In this document: one piece after another, positions 27,636 to 40,442 of the stretch
How positions within the stretch are numbered: the first letter of the stretch is position 1
How the letters are laid out: the number at the start of each line of letters is the position of its first letter
Origin: Actinomycetes bacterium
Lineage (GTDB): Bacteria > Actinomycetota > Actinomycetes > S36-B12
Reading direction: 5' to 3'
NCBI GenBank assembly: GCA_037143955.1
Contig: JBAWXR010000002.1
Span: 1 to 40,771 of the forward strand
Length of the DNA stretch: 40,771 nt
Position numbers and translations under genes: made by a program
The notes under the pieces: model-generated
The model's input: only the letters and a program-made list of their open reading frames with translations
What the model was told of the DNA's origin: nothing
Databases searched by the model: none

Positions 27636-28205
27636 GTGCGCGAGGCCTGGCTCGTCGTCGGGCTGGGCAATCCGGGTCCGGAGTACGCGAGCACACGTCA
27701 CAACGTCGGTTTCATGGGAGTCGACGACCTTGCCGTTCGCTGCGCCATTCGGCTCGCGCGCCACAAGCGTGCAAACGCACACGTGGGTGAAGGCCACCTT
27801 GCCGGTGGCCGAATCGTGCTGGCCGAACCCATGACGTTCATGAACGAATCCGGTGGGCCGGTCAAGGCGCTGTTGGCGTTCTATGACATTCCCGTGGAGC
27901 GCATGGTGGTGCTGCACGATGAACTCGATATCGATTTCGACACTCTCCGAGTCAAGTTCGGCGGTGGCGACAACGGCCACAACGGACTCAAGAGTCTGCG
28001 CAAGGCGCTGGGCACCGGCGACTTCTATCGGGTCCGCATCGGCATCGGTCGACCTCCGGGCCGGCAGGATCCCGCCGACTTTGTCCTCACCCCCTTTGCC
28101 ACGGCAGAACGCACGTTGGTGCCCTCCCTCGCAGCGCGGGCGGCCGACGCTGTTGAATCACTCCTGACGGATGGACTCGAGGTCACGCAGTCGCGCTTCA
28201 ACTGA
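27636..28205 (+). CDS. pth: Peptidyl-tRNA hydrolase
   Basis: VGLGNPGPEYASTRHNVGF and GGDNGHNGLKS motifs. Confidence 0.94.
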   Translation: MREAWLVVGLGNPGPEYASTRHNVGFMGVDDLAVRCAIRLARHKRANAHVGEGHLAGGRIVLAEPMTFMNESGGPVKALLAFYDIPVERMVVLHDELDIDFDTLRVKFGGGDNGHNGLKSLRKALGTGDFYRVRIGIGRPPGRQDPADFVLTPFATAERTLVPSLAARAADAVESLLTDGLEVTQSRFN

Positions 28206-28242
28206 CGGTGGCGGGTGGCGGTCCGCCGTCAGGAAGGTGAGC

Positions 28243-29046
28243 ATGTCCTCCAGGTCCGACGCCGAACTCTCACGGGATATCGCTCAGGAAGCGGGAGCTC
28301 TCCTGCTGTCGCTACGCGAGCTGCACGGCAGCCTCGACGATTGGGCGGGTGCGGATCGGCTGCGCGATCAAGCCGACAAAGGAGCCCACGAACTCCTCGT
28401 CGCTGCGCTCGCGGCTGCGCGCCCGCACGATGAGGTCCTCAGCGAGGAGGGGCGTCGCGACGACCCTGCGCGGGTCGGAGCTGATCGCGTCTGGATCGTC
28501 GATCCGCTCGACGGCACCTGGGAGTACGGCCAAGGCCGCCCGGACTTCGCCGTGCACGTGGCGCTGTGGGAAGGCGGAGAGGTGCGCGCGTCCACTGTGG
28601 ATCTTCCGGCGCAGGGCTTGACGCGTTCGGTTCTGGACAGCGCAGCGGTTCCAGCAGCTCTTCCCACCGATCGACCCGTGCGCATTGTTGCGTCGCGCAC
28701 TCGTCCTCCGGAGATACTTCCGCGAGCGGTTGAACTGTTGTCGAAACGCCTGGCCGCGGCCGGCATCACGACTCTCGGGGCCGAGATCATCGACGTGGGA
28801 TCCGTGGGTGCCAAGGTGAACGAAATCCTGTCGGGTCGTGCGGAGGCTTACGTGCACGACACAGGCTTCTACGAGTGGGATGTCGCCGCACCGTACGGCG
28901 TTGCGTTGCATTACGGATATCGCGCGTCGCATGTCGACGGTTCTGGCATGACGTTTAATCACACTCCTCCTTATGTGAATGATTTCGTCGTGGTCCATCC
29001 GGATCTGCACGCGATGCTGATGGATTCGTTGCGGGAGGCATCCTGA
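28243..29046 (+). CDS. Inositol monophosphatase family / 3'(2'),5'-bisphosphate nucleotidase (CysQ-like)
   Basis: EE, WIVDPLDGT and WDVAAP metal-binding motifs. The ATG at 28243 follows AGGAAGGTGAG. Confidence 0.78.
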   Translation: MSSRSDAELSRDIAQEAGALLLSLRELHGSLDDWAGADRLRDQADKGAHELLVAALAAARPHDEVLSEEGRRDDPARVGADRVWIVDPLDGTWEYGQGRPDFAVHVALWEGGEVRASTVDLPAQGLTRSVLDSAAVPAALPTDRPVRIVASRTRPPEILPRAVELLSKRLAAAGITTLGAEIIDVGSVGAKVNEILSGRAEAYVHDTGFYEWDVAAPYGVALHYGYRASHVDGSGMTFNHTPPYVNDFVVVHPDLHAMLMDSLREAS

Positions 29047-29096
29047 GCCTGACCGGCCTCCTTCGTGCACTCGAGGAGCGCCCGGGTTTCTCTGAG

Positions 29097-32000
29097 GTGC
29101 GCCACGTGGCTGCAGCTCGCGGATCGTGCGTCATCGAAGCGCCGGATCCGGTACATCCGCTGCTCGTAGCGATGCTCACCGAGCCGGGTCGACCTGTTGT
29201 CGTGGTGACGGCGACCGGCCGTGAGGCCGAGGACATTGCGGCGTCGATCCCCGAGCTTGTTCCGGACGCAAAGGTCGCAGTCTTCCCGTCGTGGGAAACA
29301 CTCCCGCACGAGCGTTTGTCACCGTCGTCGGACACTGTTGGCCGTCGCGTCGCAGTGATGCGTCGCCTCGCCCACCCTGACGCCGACGGAAGCGAGCCGA
29401 TCGATGTGGTGGTGGCATCGGTTCGCGCCCTCCTCCAACCCATCGTGGCCGGTCTCGCGGACGAGGCACCCGTGGTGCTTCGCGCGGGAGACGAGGCACC
29501 TATCGATGCTGTTGTCACGCGTCTGGTGGAGCTGGGGTACGAACGCACAGACCTCGTGGAGCGCCGTGGCCAGGTGGCCGTGCGCGGCGGCATTCTCGAC
29601 GTCTTCCCTCCGACGCGGGAGCATCCGCTGCGCGTGGAGTACTGGGGTGACACGGTTGAAGAGGTGCGATCGTTCTCTGTGGCTGACCAGCGATCGTTGT
29701 CGTTGGTCGAGGAGGGCGTGTGGGCTCCAGCCGTGCGCGAATTACTTCTGACCGCAGCCGTACGCGAGCGTGCAGAGCAGCTCGGTCAGGCACACCCGCA
29801 CCTTGCAGAAATGTGCGACCGACTCGCGCAGGGTATGCCGGTGGAAGGAATGGAGTCACTCGCTCCGGTTCTCGCCGATCGGTTGATGACCACCCTCGAA
29901 CTTCTGCCGCAGTCGGCGAACATCGTCGTGTTGGAACCCGAACGGGTTCGCGCGCGAGCACACGACGTGGTGCGTACAGCGGAGGAGTTCCTGGCAGCGT
30001 CTTGGCATAACGCTGCCGTCGGCAACGCCGTACCCATCGATCTCTCGGCTGCCGGCTACCGCGACCTTGAAGAACTTCGCAGAATCGCGGTGGAGCGTGA
30101 GGATTCGTGGTGGGAGATATCCCCGCTGTCATCGGACCCCGAACTTGAGGACGAGCTCGCGGGGACAGTGCGGATCGCCGCGGAAGAAATCGACTCCTAT
30201 CGCGGCGACGCCGAGCGCGCGATGGCTGATCTGGCTTCGTGGACCAAGGCTGGCGCCGCCGTGGTGCTCCTCGCCGAGGGCCACGGATCCGTAGAGCGGT
30301 TTGTCGAAGAACTCGCCAGTGCAGGTGTAGCGGTCGCGGAGAGCCCGGCGTTGGAGACGCCTCCGCCTGCAGGGCTCGTGACCGTGACGCGCGGCCGCCT
30401 CCAGCACGGTGCGGACTTCGGGGATCTCGTCATCGTGACCGAGGCCGACCTCATCGGACAGCGAGCGTCCACGAAAGACATGCGACGCCTCCCGTCGCGA
30501 CGCCGTCGCACGATCGACCCGTTGACTCTTGCTCCAGGGGATTTCGTGGTGCATGAGCAGCATGGCGTGGGTCGCTACGTGGATATGGCCCGTCGCATCG
30601 TCGCGGGCTCGGAACGCGAGTACCTCTTACTGGAGTACGCAGCCAGCAAGCGTGGCCAACCGGCCGACCAATTGTTCGTACCGATGGACCAACTCGATCT
30701 CGTGACGAGGTACGTCGGCGGCGAGGCGCCATCGGTGCACCGACTGGGCGGAGCCGACTGGCAGAAGGCCAAAGGTCGCGCGCGCAAGGCCGTCAAGGAG
30801 ATCGCGGCTGAACTGATTCGTCTGTATGCCGCTCGACAGGCAAGTGCGGGCTATGCATTTGCGCACGACACTCCGTGGCAGCGGGAGCTTGAGGATGCGT
30901 TCGCATACGTCGAGACGCCGGACCAGCTCTCCTGCATCGATGAGGTCAAGGCGGACATGGAGCGCAGCGTGCCGATGGACCGGCTCATCTGCGGCGATGT
31001 CGGTTACGGCAAGACGGAGATCGCCGTGCGCGCCGCGTTCAAGGCAACACAGGACGGCAAGCAGGTAGCGGTGCTTGTGCCCACCACACTGCTGGTGCAG
31101 CAACACTTCTCCACATTCTCTGAGCGCTATGCGTCGTTTCCGATCAAGGTGGCGGCTCTGTCGCGCTTCAGCAGTGACAAGGAAGCAGCGGCCGTCATGG
31201 CCGGAGTCGCCGAGGGATCGGTGGATGTCGTCATCGGAACGCATCGACTACTCACCTCGTCGATGAGATTCAAGGACCTCGGGTTGATCGTGGTGGACGA
31301 GGAGCAGCGATTTGGTGTCGAGCACAAGGAGCACCTCAAAGCCCTGCGCACAAACGTCGATGTTCTCGCTATGTCGGCCACTCCTATTCCGCGAACCCTC
31401 GAGATGGCGGTGACCGGAATTCGTGAGATGTCGGTGATCCAGACGCCACCCGAGGAGCGGCACCCGGTGCTGACATTCGTCGGCCCGTACGACGACAAGC
31501 AGATCTCGGCGGCCATCAACCGTGAACTCATGCGCGATGGACAGATCTTCTTCGTGCACAACCGCGTCGAGTCGATTGATCGTGTTGCTTCTCGATTGCG
31601 CGATCTCGTGCCAAGCGCACGCATCGCCATCGCCCATGGGCAAATGCCCGAATCTCAACTCGAGCAGGTGATCCTGGACTTCTGGGATAGGCAGATCGAC
31701 GTACTGGTGTGCACCACCATCGTGGAGTCCGGAATCGACATTGCCAATGCCAACACCTTGATCGTCGATCGTGCCGACACGTTCGGTCTTTCGCAGTTGC
31801 ACCAGCTGCGCGGACGTGTGGGACGTGGTCGCGAACGTGCGTACGCGTACTTCCTCTACTCACCGGAGAAGCCACTCACCGAAACTGCACACGAGCGCCT
31901 GGTCACTATCGCTCAGAACACCGATCTGGGCTCGGGCATGCGCATTGCCATGAAGGATCTGGAGATCCGCGGTGCCGGCAACCTCCTTGGTGGCGAACAG

Positions 32001-32549
32001 AGCGGGCATATCGCCGACGTGGGCTTTGACCTCTACGTGCGATTGGTCGGGGAGGCTCTCGCTGAGCATCGCAACGAACCGGTCACGGCGGCCAGCGACG
32101 TCAAGGTCGAACTTCCGATCGATGCCCACATCCCGGCGGACTACCTGCCGCACGAGCGGCTTCGGCTGGAGGCCTATCGCCGGCTGGCCGACGCGACCAC
32201 CGATGCTGCGGTCGATGAGGTCGCGGCAGAACTCCTCGACCGCTACGGGCCGCCGCCGGCACCGGTGGAGTCGCTGCTTGCCGTTGCACGCTTCCGAGTC
32301 ATCGCGCGAGCGGCCGGGCTTGATGAAGTGGTGCTTCAGGGTTCCGTCGTTCGGCTACACCCGGTGGAACTACCGGAGTCCGGCCAGATGCGCCTCCTGC
32401 GGCTGTACCCCCGGACCGTGGTCAAGCCGGCAGTCCGTACGATCAGCGTGCCGCGCCCGGGTACCCCAGGGTCCCCGATGCGCGACCGGGATCTGCTGAC
32501 GTGGGCAACTGAGCTCGTCGCAGTCCTGAAGCCCGCCCCGACGTCGTAG
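29097..32549 (+). CDS. mfd: Transcription-repair coupling factor Mfd (true start probably upstream, see finding)
   Basis: SWETLPHERLSP, GDVGYGKTE (Walker A), VVDEEQRFGV, LSQLHQLRGRVGR and TRCF-domain-like motifs. 29097 is the first canonical start codon in the frame. A CTG at 29043 would restore a conserved-looking N-terminus. Confidence 0.93.
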   Translation: MRHVAAARGSCVIEAPDPVHPLLVAMLTEPGRPVVVVTATGREAEDIAASIPELVPDAKVAVFPSWETLPHERLSPSSDTVGRRVAVMRRLAHPDADGSEPIDVVVASVRALLQPIVAGLADEAPVVLRAGDEAPIDAVVTRLVELGYERTDLVERRGQVAVRGGILDVFPPTREHPLRVEYWGDTVEEVRSFSVADQRSLSLVEEGVWAPAVRELLLTAAVRERAEQLGQAHPHLAEMCDRLAQGMPVEGMESLAPVLADRLMTTLELLPQSANIVVLEPERVRARAHDVVRTAEEFLAASWHNAAVGNAVPIDLSAAGYRDLEELRRIAVEREDSWWEISPLSSDPELEDELAGTVRIAAEEIDSYRGDAERAMADLASWTKAGAAVVLLAEGHGSVERFVEELASAGVAVAESPALETPPPAGLVTVTRGRLQHGADFGDLVIVTEADLIGQRASTKDMRRLPSRRRRTIDPLTLAPGDFVVHEQHGVGRYVDMARRIVAGSEREYLLLEYAASKRGQPADQLFVPMDQLDLVTRYVGGEAPSVHRLGGADWQKAKGRARKAVKEIAAELIRLYAARQASAGYAFAHDTPWQRELEDAFAYVETPDQLSCIDEVKADMERSVPMDRLICGDVGYGKTEIAVRAAFKATQDGKQVAVLVPTTLLVQQHFSTFSERYASFPIKVAALSRFSSDKEAAAVMAGVAEGSVDVVIGTHRLLTSSMRFKDLGLIVVDEEQRFGVEHKEHLKALRTNVDVLAMSATPIPRTLEMAVTGIREMSVIQTPPEERHPVLTFVGPYDDKQISAAINRELMRDGQIFFVHNRVESIDRVASRLRDLVPSARIAIAHGQMPESQLEQVILDFWDRQIDVLVCTTIVESGIDIANANTLIVDRADTFGLSQLHQLRGRVGRGRERAYAYFLYSPEKPLTETAHERLVTIAQNTDLGSGMRIAMKDLEIRGAGNLLGGEQSGHIADVGFDLYVRLVGEALAEHRNEPVTAASDVKVELPIDAHIPADYLPHERLRLEAYRRLADATTDAAVDEVAAELLDRYGPPPAPVESLLAVARFRVIARAAGLDEVVLQGSVVRLHPVELPESGQMRLLRLYPRTVVKPAVRTISVPRPGTPGSPMRDRDLLTWATELVAVLKPAPTS

Positions 32550-32558
32550 GAGAGATTC

Positions 32559-33158
32559 GTGAAGCGACCGCTGGCCGTCGTGCTGATCACCGCATCCGTT
32601 CTGCTCGCGTCGTCTTGCTCGATGCAGGCGGGCGCCGCCGCAACGTCGACGATGGGCAACATCAGCGAGCGCGAGCTCTCGTCCCAGGTGCAAGAGTCAC
32701 TCACGTCCCAAGGCTTGAATGCGGATGCACCGGATGCGGCACAGACCAACAAGACGCTCAATCGCCTCATCCTTGGTCAGTTGGTCAACGAACTTGCGAC
32801 TCGCATGGGAATCGACGTCACGCAGGGCCAGGTCGACAGTCAGCTTGCGAATTACGAAGCGCAGAACGGTGGCGCGGAAGCTGTCAAGAATGCCTTCGTC
32901 TCCAACGGCATCCCCGCGTCTCAGATTCCCAGCGTGATCCTCATCAACCTGCAGGCAGCCGCAATCGCCAAAGCGCTTGCTCCGGAGGGATCGCAGGAGG
33001 AGCAGAACGCCGCCCTCACCACTGCTCTTGCGGCGCTGAGCAAGGAGCTTGACGTCACGGTCAGCCCTCGCTTCGGCACATGGGATGCGGCCGCCATCAC
33101 CGTGGGCCCGACACCGTTTGATCTCTCCGCACCGCCGAAGGGCTTGCGCGCCGCGTGA
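32559..33158 (+). CDS. SurA N-terminal-domain-like lipoprotein
   Basis: Lipobox LLASSC. AGGAGAG RBS and GTG start. The helical, Ala/Gln-rich mature part resembles chaperone SurA N-domain proteins. Confidence 0.6.
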   Translation: MKRPLAVVLITASVLLASSCSMQAGAAATSTMGNISERELSSQVQESLTSQGLNADAPDAAQTNKTLNRLILGQLVNELATRMGIDVTQGQVDSQLANYEAQNGGAEAVKNAFVSNGIPASQIPSVILINLQAAAIAKALAPEGSQEEQNAALTTALAALSKELDVTVSPRFGTWDAAAITVGPTPFDLSAPPKGLRAA

Positions 33159-33819
33159 CGCAGGGCTCGCGCGTCATCGATCTCGTAGCGGTCATGGACC
33201 GCCTGCGGTCTCCGGGCGGCTGTCCATGGGATGCCCGGCAGACGCATGCGACGTTGGTCGAGTACCTCATCGAAGAGGCGTACGAAACGGTCGAGGCCAT
33301 TGAGACCGACGACGATGCTGGTCTGCGCGAAGAGCTCGGCGATCTCCTGCTGCAGGTCGTGTTCCATGCGCGCATCGCGCAGGAGCGTGCTGAAAGCCCT
33401 TGGTCCATTGATGACGTCGCCGACGGCATCATCGCCAAGCTGGTGCGTCGACATCCGCATGTCTTTGCCGACGGGACCGCCTCGACCGCCGAGGACGTAG
33501 AAGCCAACTGGCACGCGATCAAGGCGCAGGAGAAGGGTCGATCCTCGGTGACCGAGGGCATTCCGGCTGCGCTTCCCTCCCTCGTGCACATCGGCAAGGT
33601 GCTTGCGCGAAGTGCCACGCTGGCGTTGCCACCACTGCCGCAGGGGTCCGCGGCAGCCGCGGCAGCCGCGGCCCTCGCGTCCATCGACAGCGAGGAGGAG
33701 TTCGGCGACCTCCTCGTCGCACTCGTTGCCCTGGCGCGTGAGCGCGGAATCGACGCTGAGGCCGCGGGTCGCGGCGCGTCACGCCGACTCGTCGAACGCA
33801 TCCGAGCGGTCGAGACGCC

Positions 33820-33823
<4 letters not shown>
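33155..33823 (+). CDS. mazG: Nucleoside triphosphate pyrophosphohydrolase MazG
   Basis: CPWDARQTHATLVEYLIEEAYE and EELGDLLLQVVFHA motifs. Conserved mfd-mazG synteny. Confidence 0.9.
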
Positions 33824-36746
<2,923 letters not shown>

Positions 36747-36777
36747 GGGATGCGCTTGCGCATGGGACCATCGCGGG

Positions 36778-37188
36778 GTGAGTCGGCCTTCCCCAGCCCG
36801 CCCGGCGTCCGGACCCTCGGTTACGGGCCGCGCCTTCATTCTCGGCCTCGTGGGCGTGACGATGGTGATCTCTCTTGCGGTACCCGTCCGAGCCTGGTTC
36901 GGTCAGCGGGCAAGTCTGGCAAGCCTGCGTAGCGAGGTCGAGGCAGCCCAGAAACGGGTCGCCGACCTCAAGGTCCAAAACCAGAGATGGAACGACCCCT
37001 CATTCATCGCGGCCGAAGCGCGCACGCGCCTGCACTTCGTCCTGCCGGGCGAGGTTGGCTACGTGGCACTTGGTCTGCCCGATGATGTTGCGGCCGCGCA
37101 GGCCACCCAGCCGCCGCCGGCACCCTGGTTCTCCTCGCTGTGGTCGTCGCTGCGCCAGGCTGATGACCTCGTCACTCCCGTTGGCTGA
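36778..37188 (+). CDS. ftsB: Septum formation initiator family protein (FtsB/DivIC)
   Basis: A single TM segment (FILGLVGVTMVISLAV) followed by a coiled coil (LRSEVEAAQKRVADLKVQNQRWNDPSFI). Conserved position after eno. The start codon is uncertain; I chose the GTG at 36778. Confidence 0.72.
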   Translation: MSRPSPARPASGPSVTGRAFILGLVGVTMVISLAVPVRAWFGQRASLASLRSEVEAAQKRVADLKVQNQRWNDPSFIAAEARTRLHFVLPGEVGYVALGLPDDVAAAQATQPPPAPWFSSLWSSLRQADDLVTPVG

Positions 37189-37706
37189 TGTCGTCGTCAC
37201 TCCCCTGGTCTGATTCCGGTCTCAGCGACACTGATCGTGCGTCTGTCGCAGCCCAATTGGGACGTGACCCACGCGGTGTTGTGCGAGTCGCGCATCGCTG
37301 CCCCTGCGGAGCTCCTGACGTCGTCATGACGCGTCCGCGCCTCCCGCATGGCGAGCCATTTCCCACCGTGTATTACCTGACCTGTCCTCGCGTCACCAGT
37401 GCGATCGGAACTCTCGAAAGTTCGGGCCTGATGCGTGAACTTGAGGAGCTGCTCGAGTCGGACCCGGAGGTCGCAGCGGCCTACGCGTCGGCGCATGAGT
37501 CGTACCTCGCGGACCGCGAGGCTCTTGAGGAAGTTCCCGAGATCAGGGGCATCAGCGCAGGTGGCATGCCTACGCGCGTGAAGTGCCTGCATGTTCTGGC
37601 GGCGCACTCGTTGGCGTGCGGACCCGGGGTAAATCCCCTGGGAGACATGGTCGTGGAGCGATTAGGCCAGTGGTGGACGAGCAACCCGTGCACGGATAGA
37701 CAGTGA
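37188..37706 (+). CDS. DUF501 domain-containing protein
   Basis: FPTVYYLTCP and VKCLHVLAAH motifs. Conserved between ftsB and ppx, as in the mycobacterial Rv1025 position. Confidence 0.78.
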   Translation: MSSSLPWSDSGLSDTDRASVAAQLGRDPRGVVRVAHRCPCGAPDVVMTRPRLPHGEPFPTVYYLTCPRVTSAIGTLESSGLMRELEELLESDPEVAAAYASAHESYLADREALEEVPEIRGISAGGMPTRVKCLHVLAAHSLACGPGVNPLGDMVVERLGQWWTSNPCTDRQ

Positions 37707-38647
37707 GTACCCCCTCGGTGCGGGTGGCTGCGTTTGATTGCGGCACCAATGCCATCCGGCTCCTGGTTGCTGACGTCTCCATCGCTGACGGGGCGGACGT
37801 TCGTGACGTCATTCGTGAGATGCGCATTGTGCGACTGGGGGAGGGAGTTGATCGCGCGGGTGAGTTTTCTCCCGCTGCCCTCGATCGCCTGTTCGCGGCT
37901 CTAGAGGAGTTCCGAGGATTGCTCGAAACGACCCAACCTGACCGCGTGCGATTTGTAGCGACGTCAGCGTCACGCGATGTGACCAATCGAGCCGAATTCG
38001 TTGCGGGCGTCGCGCGAATCACCGGGGTGATGCCGGAAGTCATTTCCGGGCAAGAAGAAGCTGAGCTGTCGTTCCTTGGTGCGCTAAACGGACTGCCCCA
38101 CCTTGCCGCACCGCCTCTGGTGTTCGACATCGGCGGAGGGTCCACAGAGGTCATCCTCGGTGGGCAGGATCGGCAGCCGCGGGCGATCACGAGTGTGAAC
38201 ATTGGTTGTGTTCGGATGGCCGAGCGCCACCTGCACTCCGACCCGGCCACGCCAGCTCAGATTGACGCGCTGCGCGCGGACGTGCGAGAGGCGATCAGAC
38301 GGGCCGCCACAGCTGTGCCGATGCGCGAGGCGGCTTGCTTAGTCGGCCTGTCCGGCACGATGACCACGGTCGCGGCGATCGCCCATGATCTGCCCGCCTA
38401 TGACGCAGCGGCCATCCACGGATTGGTGGTTGCGCGGGCGCAGGTTGACGAGATCGTGGAGCGCCTCCTGGGAATGACGGCGGCTGAGCGGGCCGCGATG
38501 CCGGTCATGCACCCGGGACGGGTGGAGGTGATCGGCGCCGGTGCGCTCATCCTGCAAGAGGTCATGGCGGCAGCCGATGCGCCGACGGTTCTGGCCTCAG
38601 AAGCTGACCTCCTCGATGGAATTGTCATCAGGCTTGCCCGGGGTTGA
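37703..38647 (+). CDS. ppx: Exopolyphosphatase, Ppx/GppA family
   Basis: AAFDCGTNAIRLLVAD and FDIGGGSTE (ASKHA phosphate motifs). GTGA overlap with the DUF501 gene. Confidence 0.88.
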   Translation: MSTPSVRVAAFDCGTNAIRLLVADVSIADGADVRDVIREMRIVRLGEGVDRAGEFSPAALDRLFAALEEFRGLLETTQPDRVRFVATSASRDVTNRAEFVAGVARITGVMPEVISGQEEAELSFLGALNGLPHLAAPPLVFDIGGGSTEVILGGQDRQPRAITSVNIGCVRMAERHLHSDPATPAQIDALRADVREAIRRAATAVPMREAACLVGLSGTMTTVAAIAHDLPAYDAAAIHGLVVARAQVDEIVERLLGMTAAERAAMPVMHPGRVEVIGAGALILQEVMAAADAPTVLASEADLLDGIVIRLARG

Positions 38648-38718
38648 TGCAAGAGTTCCATCCTTTGCATGTAACAGCAGGAACCGGCCGTGTATCGTCC
38701 GCCGGTCAGGAGGTACCG

Positions 38719-39732
38719 ATGGGCATCACGATCAAGGATGTTGCACAGGCGGCTGGGGTTTCCACCGCAACGGTGTCACGAGCACTGCGAGGGCTACCCA
38801 ACGTGGATGCAGCCACGCGGGATCGGATCGTTGCTCAGGCGCGCGACCTCGACTATGTCATCTCCCCGAGCGCGTCCCGACTCGCCAGCGGTCGGACGGG
38901 AACAGTCGCGGTCGTCACGCCGCACATCTCTCGGTGGTACTTCAGCACGGTCATCAGTGGCATCGAAGCCGTACTCGAATCAGCGGGACTTGATCTCCTG
39001 CTCATGGGGGCTGGCATTGGTGAAGCCGCACCTCAGGTGTCGCCGGCTACCCGCCTACGTCGTCGAGTGGACGCCGTGATCGTCGTCGCCCTGCCGCCAG
39101 GCGATTCGCGCCTCGCGGAGGTTCTGGACCTGGGACTCCCCACGAGTTTGGTGGGCACAGCGGTTCCGGGTGTCTCCAGCGCCACGATCAATGACGTGCT
39201 GGCCGGCCAGATGGCCACGCAGCACCTCATCAACTTCGGCCATCGACGCATTGGTGTCATCACCGGTCGATCAATTGAGGAACCGATGTCCACCGGACGA
39301 GATCGACTGCGCGGCTTTCAGGAGGCGATGGCCGGGGCGGGGCTGCCAGTGGACCCGACGATGGTCGCGCACGGGAATTCCACCATCTTGGGCGGCGAGC
39401 AAGCGATGACCGCGCTCCTTACGCAGGCGCAGCCACCTACCGCTGTCTTCGCAATGTCGGACGAGATGGCATTCGGCGCCATGAAAGCATTGCGCAGTCA
39501 CGACATGACCATCGGTCGTGATGTGTCGCTGATCGGCATTGATGGTCACGACATGGCCGAATACCTAGACCTCACCACCGTTGTCCAACCCGTGAAGGAT
39601 CTTGGGCGAATTGCGACGAGATCCGTCATCGCTCAGATTGCCGGCGGCGACGCCGTTGATCCGGTTCAGCTCCCGACTCAGTTGGTTGTCCGTGGCTCCA
39701 CCTCCCCCATCAAGGCCGAAGCCCGGCGCTAG
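38719..39732 (+). CDS. LacI family transcriptional regulator
   Basis: AGGAGG RBS. HTH motif ITIKDVAQAAGVSTATVSRALRG, followed by a periplasmic-binding-fold core. Confidence 0.88.
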   Translation: MGITIKDVAQAAGVSTATVSRALRGLPNVDAATRDRIVAQARDLDYVISPSASRLASGRTGTVAVVTPHISRWYFSTVISGIEAVLESAGLDLLLMGAGIGEAAPQVSPATRLRRRVDAVIVVALPPGDSRLAEVLDLGLPTSLVGTAVPGVSSATINDVLAGQMATQHLINFGHRRIGVITGRSIEEPMSTGRDRLRGFQEAMAGAGLPVDPTMVAHGNSTILGGEQAMTALLTQAQPPTAVFAMSDEMAFGAMKALRSHDMTIGRDVSLIGIDGHDMAEYLDLTTVVQPVKDLGRIATRSVIAQIAGGDAVDPVQLPTQLVVRGSTSPIKAEARR

Positions 39733-39755
39733 TCCTCAATCGACAGGATGACCTC

Positions 39756-40442
39756 ATGCGCAATGTGACCCTTGCTATCGCCGGTGAGTCCGTGCCCGGA
39801 CTGCTCGCCCTGCCAGCCTCAGGCTCAGGTCCCGCAGTCATCGTGATCCAGGAGTGGTGGGGCCTGGTGCCCCACATCCAGCACGTAGTGCAACGCCTTG
39901 CTGACGAGGGTTTTGTTGCGCTCGCGGTCGATCATTACCGAGGCGTAGAGACCACCGAGCCCGATGAGGCGCAGAAGTTAATGATGGGCCTCAATATCGG
40001 TCAGACGGCGGAGGACCTGTCCGCCGCAGCGGCCTGGCTGATGGCACAGGATTTCGTCGAAGGCCCCACGGTGGGCGCCGTCGGCTTTTGTATGGGCGGC
40101 GGGCTTGCGCTGCTGGCACCGACGATTTCACGCGACATCTGCTGCACGGTTGCGTTCTACCCTGCGATGCCCTGGCCGGATTACTCGCCCGAGTGGTCTC
40201 ACTACACCGGCAAAGCCGCCATGGTGCACAAAGCGAAGAGTGATGAATCGTGGGCTGGGCCGGCCATTGCGGCATATGCCGATGCCATCACCGAGGCTGG
40301 TGGACAGGTGGCAGTGCTTGATGATTACCCCGACAGCGTCCACGCTTTCTTCAATGACGCGCGACCTGATGTATTCCAAGCAGCGAACGCGCAGCTTGCA
40401 TGGGAGCGCACTGTTGCATTTTTGCGCGCCTGCGGTGACTAG
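39756..40442 (+). CDS. Dienelactone hydrolase family protein
   Basis: VIVIQEWWG and the nucleophile elbow GFCMGGG. A C-terminal His lies in the DSVHAFF context. Confidence 0.83.
   Translation: MRNVTLAIAGESVPGLLALPASGSGPAVIVIQEWWGLVPHIQHVVQRLADEGFVALAVDHYRGVETTEPDEAQKLMMGLNIGQTAEDLSAAAAWLMAQDFVEGPTVGAVGFCMGGGLALLAPTISRDICCTVAFYPAMPWPDYSPEWSHYTGKAAMVHKAKSDESWAGPAIAAYADAITEAGGQVAVLDDYPDSVHAFFNDARPDVFQAANAQLAWERTVAFLRACGD

Noticed and set aside
26023-27980. Long - strand ORFs (357 aa and 478 aa) spanning prs, rplY and pth.
   Set aside because: Same artefact of high-GC sequence. They are Arg/Gly/Val-rich, overlap three strongly supported + strand genes, and cross an intergenic region.
33650-33673. 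9-bp tandem repeat GCGGCAGCC (2.7 copies) encoding a poly-Ala run in mazG.
   Set aside because: It is an in-frame low-complexity linker between MazG subdomains, which is common in high-GC genes. It is unlikely to be functional beyond a linker.
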